Made by a program: the position numbers and the translations under genes. Source: Eledone cirrhosa (Eukaryota). From it: a stretch of 64,000 nucleotides of DNA. Positions 54,222-64,000 of the stretch are shown here, piece by piece. The stretch lies in the NCBI GenBank assembly GCA_964016885.1, contig OZ024740.1, forward strand, positions 329,158,001 through 329,222,000, in the 5' to 3' direction. A model generated the notes under the pieces. It ran no database searches. It saw only the letters and a program-made list of their open reading frames with translations, and had not been told where the DNA came from. Each line of letters opens with the position of its first letter. Positions within the stretch are counted from its first letter, which is position 1.

Positions 54222-56959
54222 TCTTAAAATGCTATAAGAAAATGAAATACATGTTATGTGATAAAGTCAGATATTCAAGAGTTTGACAAAATGAGTTGTT
54301 TTGATTGGTGGGAAGGGTCAAGGCGATGTACTGGCCTGTAGTGTATATAGGGGGTGGGTGTGATGATGAGATGTTGGTGACGATGGGTGGATGAGATGGG
54401 CTGTGGTGTGGTGGTGTTTGATTGACCTTGGGGTGTAGAGTATGTGGGGGTGGATGTTATGATATGGTGGTGGTTATGGTTGCTTAGTGGGATGGGCTGT
54501 GGTATGAGGTTAGTGGGTTGTCAGTAGACGGGTTGGCGTGTGTGTGGGGGTGTGGTATTGGTGCCGCTGTCTATGGTAGTGGCGTTTGTGATGGTGTGGC
54601 GGATGTATTGGGGGCGTCAAGGTCATTACATAGATACATAGCCAGACGCTCATCGTCTGACAGATGCTTTGTATATACGTATACGCACACACATATAGGT
54701 ATATATGTGCACATATATTGTTGTATAAACACACCCACCTCAAAACACACACGCACATCCCTGCCCACACATATCAACACACGCTCACACACAACCATAC
54801 GTATATGTACACACATGTATGTGCGTGTGCGCATGCGGACACGAATGTGGAGAGTGGAGGAGTATCGTTGGGGGTGGCGAACGACGGAGATGGGGGGAAG
54901 GTGAGAGGCAATGTAGAAGGTGATTTACATACATACATACACATACATATACCCATACGCACATATGGGTATAGGCACATCTACTCACACTCACGTATAC
55001 AAAATATACACACACACACTCACACACACGTATACCCACGCACATATATACACATACATATATATACATACACATACACACACACATGTACAGACAACAC
55101 ACAGATATACACGCGCATATACACATATATGCACGTATATGAGCTCACCTACACATATAGTCAGATTCACCCATATATATATATGTAGACCTGCACATAT
55201 ACACACATACATACACATACATATAGACACAGACACATACACATACGCATACACATACACGTATATATATACAGATACGTACCCACACATACACACATGT
55301 ATATATACACCTGCGCTCACATACGCACACACACATACAATAACTATGCGTACACGCACGCACACTCATACGTCCGTATGTGTAAGAATACTTACACACC
55401 GACACGCACGCTATTGCTGGTTGGGGAGTGGGGGGTATGTGTTGTCGGTGAAGTATAGAGTTGTGTTTTGTGGTGGTGGTGGGGGAGTTGTGAGGGACAA
55501 ACATATATATACCGGATCGAATACCGGTTAGAAGGTGTTTATGGACGTACGGCGATGTGTGTTGTGGACATGGTGATGGTGGCGGTGCTGGGGTGATATG
55601 TTCGACAAGATGATTACACGATCAGAGGTTACGGTGTGTTATAGGGTAAGGCAGACGGGGGTGGGGGGTATATAATACAGTCGATCTGGGAGCGAGGGGT
55701 GATATGTGTTGATGATGTTAATGATAATGATTGTTGAGGTATTTGGATGTATCTAGTGGTGGCGGTGGTTGTGTGTGCGTGCGACAGTACAATTACAGGG
55801 TCGAATTTAGCGTGGGGTTGTAGGTTAGGGTAGACAGAGGGAACATGGGGGGATGAGGTTGTAGGTGTGTATGGTAGGCATATGACGATGTGTGGTGTGG
55901 TGGTGGTGGCGATGGAGTGATATGATCGACATTGTATTTACAAGGTCCCTTGTCATTGTGGATTGCAAGGTAGAACGTATCATAGGATACCGATCTAATA
56001 CGATGAGGTGTGTATGTTGATGTGAATTTTGGAGGTGGTGATGGTGATGTATGCGGCATGATATACAAATGCGGGCTTAGAAATGGTTACATGGGGTACA
56101 ATACAATAAGTTCTTTGAGGTGGGCGATGTTGAGACGGGGTGTATGTGGTTATTAATATGGTGTGTCATGGTTAATGTAATTTTTGGTGTGGGTTATGTA
56201 TGCGGCATGATATACAAAATAGGGACTTACATATGGTTAAATGCAATACAATAAAATAAGATAAAGTAAAGTAAGATTAGAATTAAAATTCGTTGAGATG
56301 TGCGATGGTGATACGGGGCAGATGTGGTTATTATTATGGTGGGTCATGGTTAGTGCGTGGCCCTCCCGTTATATATATATAACTTCGGCGTGAAGGGATT
56401 ACGAATTTTTTTCCTTCGCCTTATGTTTCTGTGTCTATTATAAATTACTTGTCTACACATGCTGGCTACAACAATTATTGTTCAATCATATGCAATACTT
56501 AATTGCTTTTTACTCTTCATCAGAAAGCCTATAGTAGTGGGATTCAACTGATCCCCACGAAGTAGAATTCAGTAATGAGATTTTCGTAAATATAAAAAAA
56601 GTTAAAGATAAGATGAAATACGGTCAGATAGTGTGATAGAAGAAAGGAGAGGGTGTGGGGTAAAGAGTTTCACATTATCAATACGTGTCTGTGATTTGGA
56701 ACAATTCTTCTTTGACCATTGTTATAGGTGAAGGTTTTGATGTTTACCATATATGGGGGTAGATAATGTATAACCAGAAGGACAGAGAAAGATAAAGTAG
56801 AGGTTAAGAGTAGGCTAGAGTGGGTAAGGAGGAGAGCTATTAAGACATGGGATTGTTTCGAATATCACTGAAACTATTGGGTGTGAAAAGTTCAAATGCC
56901 ACAGGAAATGTACCAAATAGGATAGAGTAAAACCTAGGTATTAGGGACCGAATCTTGTT

Positions 56960-57262
56960 CTAGTCTAGTTTGTATTTAGCGAAGGATTTTAGAACCATGT
57001 GTTTGCAATTAAATATCTTATCGTGCTTGTGTGTCATTTTCCCGGCAAAGTTTTCAACCAATTCAGCTAAACCAAGTGATGAAATCTGAGAATGTTCAAT
57101 TGATATAGTTGCCAAGCCAACACGTCTCTCTTGCAACATTGAAGAGTGAATGTAAAATTTTATAAGCTTGAGCTTTGAGAAAGTACTCTCACCACTTGCC
57201 ACTGGTACTGGAAATATGAGAAGGATCCTCAATACAATAACAGCATTAGGGAAGTTATCCAA
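56960..57262 (-). pseudogene. hAT transposase C-terminal dimerisation (hATC) fragment
   Basis: DNFPNAVIVLRILLIFPVPVASGESTFSKLKLIKFYIHSSMLQERRVGLATISIEH matches the FPN...LTLPVTxASxERSFSKLKLIKxYLRSTMxQERLxGLA pattern. Confidence 0.88.
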
Positions 57263-58786
57263 AAAGATTTTGTTTGAAAAACTCGTGGCCTATAAAAACA
57301 TGCGAGAGTAATTGGGTCCTGAAAGTTTCGTATACGGAGATTTCCACTCACTTATATTACTTGCTATGGTCAGACTGAATCTACCCGATTATATGTTCTT
57401 GCATGAAATAAGCCACGATAAAAAAACGATCCTCAATAAAGCTGAAATTTATTTTTCTATTTTTCAAAATTGTTGTTGATTTAAAGAAATGCGCCCTGTA
57501 AAATCAGCGGCCTTGTGTATATGTTTATAGTTAACCTTTAAAAGTCTCGCGAAGAGAGTTGAAACTTTGAGGCTCACCGTCTAGTTTCTAAATCGTCGTT
57601 ACATCGACTCTGCATTTCCTCATGTATAAAGTACTACACTAAAATGTTGGTATCCCAGTTTTTTCCTCAGATACATTCTACAAATGTCTCGGATGTGTGT
57701 TTGTTTGCGTGTTTGCGCCTATCGGCTGCTGATTGTTTAAGATTATGTGGATATACTGCTACCATATTACACGAATGCACGTATACGATGACGTGAAACC
57801 TCTATATTAAGATTTATCTCGTGCAGAAGCTCACAGCCACACTTGCACGCGTTAGCTAAAGCAGACACCTTCTTCTCTCTGCAGCACAGCTGAAATAAAT
57901 AAGCATTCACTAAACACTTAATGACACCAAACTGATACTAATAGTGATAATAATAAAAATTCCTGTGTAACCACTCACTGACAATAAAGTGAATGACCTT
58001 GTATTGATAAGAACATTTTGATAAATCAAACAGTAAGAGATATTGTTTTATAGCCCCTTTAGTGCCCAGAGGAGAATGAATAAAAAATGAACAACCGGAG
58101 ATACATATAGTGCATTGATCCGCATTCACCTACTACCATTCACAAACTTCAAACCACCATGATTTGAACCAGCAATCCCAAAATTAGAACTGAACCACCT
58201 AGATTTTACCATATAGAATACACACCATCGCACTGCTATTAGCTGTCAAACGGCCAACTGGTCACTGGATCATAAATTTCTGAACATCTCTCTCCTTAAA
58301 ACAGCATCAACCCCATTAAGATAGAACAATCAGCAAAACATTTACAACAAGCGTTTATGAAACGTCCCGTCATCCCTAGCCCATAAATCTATACATGTAT
58401 CCAACAATTAATATCTAATTTATTGTTTTTTCTTTTATCTGTCACTACATTGGACCCTCTACACGTATCTATGTACATCTCGAATCTGATTTTACATGTT
58501 AGCACTAAACCCACCAAGGATTCCTTATAATAACACTTACTCAAAACAACTACTAACATACTATGTACTTACATGCTCTCACTTATGCTTATTTATTTCT
58601 TTATATTTTCCAATTTCTCATTTTCTTACTTTTTTAATGTACCCTATTTTATCTTTTACTTTTTACTTTTTACATCTGTAACTTCTCTACCTATTTAGCA
58701 TATATGTTTTATTATTGATGTTATTGTTTTGATTATACGGTATTTTTCTATATATGTCTTGCCTCGAGTGAATTATTTTCATATCT

Positions 58787-58901
58787 ATGTACTCTGATGT
58801 GTTGACCAGAGGTAAATAATGTATTGGAGATTGGGTGACGCAACTTCAAGCGATCGGCGAACTCTAGACTCATCTGACCAACGAAACAATTGTCAGTACA
58901 T
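58787..58901 (+). ncRNA. Type I hammerhead ribozyme (related to 40847-40952; A9>U)
   Basis: ATGTACT-CTGATGT-GTTG...CAAC-GAAA-CAATTG-TC-AGTACAT; perfect 7-bp stem I; ~50 bp before (TA)n. Confidence 0.65.
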
Positions 58902-60111
58902 TAAATAAAGCCCATTATTGTACAGCCAACCATGTTACTCTTCCTTCTTTAAATATATATATATATATATATTTGTAGTAAGGTTGCTTGGATGCGTCCA
59001 TAGGCGGTAAGCCGGTTGAGCACTCTATGCTCCTTCAGAGCAGGGTATCTGTTAGACACGAAATTACTAACAACAGAATGTTTTAGTCACTTTAGTGTTC
59101 TAACATATATGTGTAGATCGTCAATTTTTTTTCAAGGTCTGACTGTGGCCGTGGTGATTACACGCCATTGGCTAATTTTCAACCAATCAGAGTAAGTGTT
59201 GCTCAAAATCATCCGCCATGGTTTTTGTTTGTTTTCCTAGTTCATTTATTTTTGTTATTTCGTCGTTATATGATTTTTTAAAATTTATATTAACTATTTT
59301 TAAAACAAATGTAATATATTGACGTTAGGGTTAGGGTTAGGCGGTCAATAGATAAGGAGAAAGTCTATCGTAAAAGTTTGAACAAATATTGTTTAATTTA
59401 TCGTTTGTACAAAACGATTCTAAATTTTTGTTTGTAAAAGTTTTTAAACACTCAAAATAGCGTATATTCATGTTCTGTAATGTCCCATTTTTGTGCGCCC
59501 TTGTGCCAAATAAAGAAATATATCTTTGTATCTTGTTCCTCTTTATATATTGCAATCGAGTATAGACAGAGTACCGATTGTAATACAAACTGCACTTTGT
59601 AAATATTTGTAAAAATAATTTTTCTAAAAACATTGTAAAAATCTGTGTCACACGCGTTTAAAAATCTTTGATATGTATATATATATATAAAACTGAGGTT
59701 GTTTGTCTATCTGTCTCTCTACTAAAACGGTCGCCACACATCTAAACTTATAGATTAAGCTCCAGCTGTAAAAAAAAATTTCAAATCGAATGTGTAATAT
59801 TGATGTTTCAGTTAAAATGTATAAATACAGTTGAGAGACGAGTTATTTCCCTTTAATGCAACGTGAGCAGACGATAAATTATTGAAAAGGCACAAATTTT
59901 CACTATTACACATTTGCATTATTGTCAGTATTAACTTTGCCTTTCATCCTTACGGGGTCGATAAAATAAAGTACCAGTAATACACTGTCACTATAAGAAG
60001 ATGCCCATTCACAAACAGTATTGAAAATATGTTCTTCGACAAATACAAATGTTTTGTTCATACTATTCCGACTTGCGCTTGTGTTCTACTCCACGCACGA
60101 CCACCACAAAT

Positions 60112-60298
60112 TGGTGACCAGCTCAACGCAAGTATTGGTAGAGCGTCAGACACCATGCTTTGCAGCATTGTTATGGCCCTTTGCGTTCTAAGTTCAAATC
60201 CCGCCGAGGTTAACTTTGCCTTTCATCCTTACCAGTTCGATAAAATAAAGTACCAGTAATGGATTGCGGTAATGGCTTTGTGCCGAAAAATAGAAACA
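60112..60298 (+). mobile_element. tRNA-derived Nin/Deu-like SINE (further fragments at ~1795-1905, 6838-6895, 29570-29670, 59930-59985)
   Basis: AGTTCAAATCCCGCCGAGGTTAACTTTGCCTTTCATCC...CGATAAAATAAAGTACCAGT. Confidence 0.8.
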
Positions 60299-60848
60299 CT
60301 ATTACGGTGCAATAAGAGCAAAATCTCACGACATTGCTCAATTATTTTATCTAATGTTGCAACAATACAGGGAAGTTTAGTTTGTGTATTTTTAAAAATA
60401 TTTGCTCAAAGGCTTTTCCAATTTCGCTCAGCCAACAACTATTAAAAAGAGAGTTGCTTAAGATAACAATTTAATCACAAATTGTTGTTATCTTTTAAAA
60501 CACCTCAAAAAGTCATCAAATTATGTGCAATAAGAACAAATCTCATTAATTTGCTCAAGAAAATGTATATAGACTGATAATTGCAATTGTATGTAAATAT
60601 TTTATTTTTATATTGTTTATTTATTTTATGTTTTCTATTATGTATAATATATTGATTTAATATTGATTGTTTTTTGTTGATGATCATATTAAAAGTCTGA
60701 AAATATTTTTATACATCTTACACTAATATTTATAAGATCATTTATAATAACAATTATATAATCTAATTACATTACAACGATAATTTATTATTAATATATA
60801 TCATGTTTAACTAGAGTTATTACAAGCGTTGCCTTAAAAAAATATTAA

Positions 60849-61212
60849 ACTAGACATGAAAAATGCGCAAGCTCAAAAGAGCCACAGAATGTTATAACAA
60901 ACCTTCAAAAGTGTGAGACTAGAGTTGTTACTCAAAAATATTGTAATCATTATCTATCGTACAATCTGTGGCATCCTTTATAAAAATATCACAATAAATA
61001 CATCTATGTTTAATCTAATAACAGCTATAAATAATTACATAATATTATTAAACATTGATGTATTTATTGTGATATTTTTATAAAGGATGCCACAGAATGT
61101 ACGATAGATAATGATTACAATATTTTTGAGTAACAACTCTAGTCCCACACTTTTGAAGGTTTATTATAACATTCTGTGGCTCTTTTGAGCTTGCGCATTT
61201 TTCAGGTCTAGT
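60849..61212. repeat. Foldback with ~165-bp arms
   Basis: ACTAGACATGAAAAATGCGCAAGCTC... pairs with ...GAGCTTGCGCATTTTTCAGGTCTAGT. Confidence 0.9.
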
Positions 61213-61421
61213 AATATTATGGAAAACGAAGAATCAATGATGCATCGAAACACAATTTAATAACCTATTACAATTGTTTCTCCGGCTAACAGCTCAAGGT
61301 ACGATCTATTTATGGATCGAACCTGACTCTGGATTCGCGATTCAAGTTCGCTGGAAAAACAATTGTAATACGTTATTAAATTGTGTTTCGATGCATAACT
61401 GATTCTTCGTTTTCCATATTA
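61213..61421. repeat. Foldback with ~70-bp arms built from an HHR 3' half
   Basis: ATGGAAAACGAAGAATCA... pairs with ...TGATTCTTCGTTTTCCAT; arms contain GAAA-CAATTG-TA. Confidence 0.8.
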
Positions 61422-61708
61422 TATATTGTTATATTTGGGGAGGGTCATATTGTTTTAATAATATTGCCAGAAATAATAACAGAACACACTCACTGTTTGG
61501 TTGGTTTTCGCTTCTGTATCTTTTACATCTCCACAGTTAATTCATTTGGCCATCAATGTTTATCATTGACTGACCAACGGTAACAAAATCAGATATAATA
61601 TAGATATAAACACATATATATAGTCTAACAAATTTCTTTCGTTGCACATCTGCAACATCATCAGTGGTACTATTATGTTCCTCCTGTTGTATTGTATGCC
61701 TACGCCAT

Positions 61709-61758
<50 letters not shown>

Positions 61759-62009
61759 CATACATTTATATATATGTATATATATATATATGCTTATATA
61801 TACATATATATATACAGACACACACTCAAACACACATACAAACACACACACACACACACATACACACACACACACATATATATATATAGATAGATAGATA
61901 TAACGTTGAAAGAGGTAGAAGGCTAAACAATGCAAAAGGACTGTAAGATGACGTAACGAAAAGTAAGTTACCTGGTAATCTTTGTTTTGTTTTTTGTTGT
62001 TCTTTTTCT

Positions 62010-62050
62010 GTCCAATATTTCAGGGACCTAAAAGTCCCTTCTTCAGGTAT
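62010..62050 (-). ncRNA. Minimal hammerhead-like motif (stem I degenerate)
   Basis: Minus strand CTGAAGA-AGGGACttttagGTCCCT-GAAA-TAT. Confidence 0.5.
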
Positions 62051-62817
62051 TAAGGAACTTTCAGTGGATAATGTTGCAATTTCCTCTCTTTGGTATTAAA
62101 TGTTGATTTTGATTTAATTTCGTTTTCAAGCGTTTTTTTTAATGGTTATTACGCTTTTCACAAAAATGTATATACATATACACATACGCACCAATCAGTG
62201 TGAAGAGAAGCATACGTTTTATGAAAGAATATCAATTGGAATTATTCTGGAAACTATCTCCATCAGACACTTTAAATACTTTTTTTATTATCACAATCAT
62301 TGAATGAATATTATTATTCAGTACTGTTTACAAAATATAGTGGTTATAGAAATGGATCTAGAAGTATCTTTACTTTGTCGACAACTTGAAGTTATGTTGG
62401 TTAAATATCAATCAGACAAATAAGAAATTGGTTCTCATTATCCAATTCTCCACAGATATTGGAATGAAATTTGGTGAATCAAATTTGATGTGTTTGTAGT
62501 TTTGTTTTTTACATTCTTATTTTATCCTGCAATCCCTTTAGTGCCGTGATAAATTGTTTCCAATGTTTATTGGGAGACAGTTTTGTTTATGTTTTACCTT
62601 CTAGTTTCTTTGTGTGAAACCTTCAGCTAGTTGGACTTTGTTATTCTTTTCATTGTACAGTAAACTCACTTCTGAGCTCACTATTTGACATTTGCGGACA
62701 GATTTTTGTGTACATCATTGTTTGGAATCAATGTTCACTTAACTATTTCTGACATGATACTACAGGAGTAATATGGTAACTCCTGCTACCATCTTTACCT
62801 TCATATCCCCCCCTCTC

Positions 62818-62911
<94 letters not shown>

Positions 62912-64000
62912 CATCACCACACACACTAACAGAAACACATAGTTATCAGAGATGTGTCTGAAGTACACACATTCTATATCTACAATTTAACAAAACCTGT
63001 TCATTCCATTTGTTGGATTGGAAAGGAATTAGTTGACCCTCTAGCCCATAGCCTGTAGTGTCAGTTCTACTAATAGAACAAGATATTTCCAAAAGTTCAA
63101 ACAATTGACTTTCTTCTTTGAACTGGTCTCATCATTAAATAAAGATGTACACACATCTATTAGCCACACTTTGGCTAGCCTGGGTGATGTAACATTTTAA
63201 AAGTTATAAAATAAAGTTAAAACCATTTCTATTATTTTCTATGTTGAAAGAGTTTGTTATCAAATTATTTAAGGTGTCAATATAAATCTGTTTAGAAGGT
63301 CTAAATCTATTGGATGTGAGGGGTGTTAAGATGTTAGTGTTTTTCTGTTTATCATTTTTACCTCACCCTCCGTGTGTTGTCAGTAGCAGGCTACACACCT
63401 ATTAATACTAAATATGTTTGTTCATTGATAAATGTTGCATTACTAGAGATATTCAAGGGAGAAATGATAGCTTATTTTGTTATTGGTTAGCTGGTAGAAC
63501 GGTGTGTTCTTTCTTCCAGCTCTCTTTCTGTTGGCAGACTAGCTAACCCATACCTGTTTGGCCAATAAATTTAAGAGGGCAAACTATGGTCTCTATTCAG
63601 GACACATTTACATTTTAGTTTTTACAGCAACGTCTGGAATATATATTCCAAGACCTAAACTAACATGACATTAGCAGTACTGAGGGTTTTCACTTCTTCT
63701 TGACAGTTGTTTGAGAAATATAGGGTAACTGTGACACAATCCCACAACATTTACTTCAATTTTCATTGTACTTTGATCTTACAACTACTTTTACCTGTTT
63801 AACTTACTATCAAGTGGCAACCACAACTAAAGTGTTTTTTAGGTTGCTGTCTTCTGCTAGGCCCACACACACACATACACACACATAACATGCACTAGTA
63901 CTACTATTGAAAGTTATTAGGTTACTTGCCAAAGATCTTCCCCTCCCTCCATATCATTGCACATTAATAGTTCACCAACCCACACACACACACACACACA

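Larger units (their letters stand above)
52180..57515 (-). mobile_element. Putative internally deleted hAT DNA transposon containing nested insertions
   Basis: Imperfect termini CAGGCCG / CGGCCTTG; flanking 8-mers TGTATATA and TGTATATG (7/8 match, TSD-like); hATC fragment inside. Confidence 0.45.

Noticed and set aside
59324-59341. Short (TTAGGG)n run
   Set aside because: Under three full units inside a probable dispersed repeat; no evidence of telomere fusion or healing.

Overview
Very AT-rich, repeat-dominated animal DNA with no host protein-coding gene that I can support. The SINE family and extreme (TA)n content suggest an octopus or other cephalopod (inference). Most long ORFs in the track are (TA)n/(CA)n microsatellite artefacts. 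Recognisable mobile elements: the 3' end of an L1/Tx1 LINE; a nearly intact Penelope-like retroelement (PLE; RT plus C-terminal GIY-YIG, Hydra-clade-like) with ~715-bp inverted arms; three decayed PLE 3' ends; a 5'-inverted RTE LINE; Helitron and hAT remnants; many tRNA-derived SINEs; a tRNA-like repeat; and a 496-bp tandem array. The main result is a dense set of type I hammerhead ribozyme (HHR) folds, about 20 intact or degenerate motifs from more than 10 unrelated repeat families, almost all next to (TA)n tracts. These include a non-coding 420-480-bp retrozyme-like family whose HHR stems covary between subfamilies. Its insertions mostly exceed one monomer, share one 3' end at (TA)n, and often carry PLE-type 5' inversions, which points to circular-RNA elements copied by a PLE reverse transcriptase. 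Several HHRs have non-canonical cores (UUGAGAA, CCGUCGA, CUGAAAA). All RNA folds were made by eye; none was computed or tested.
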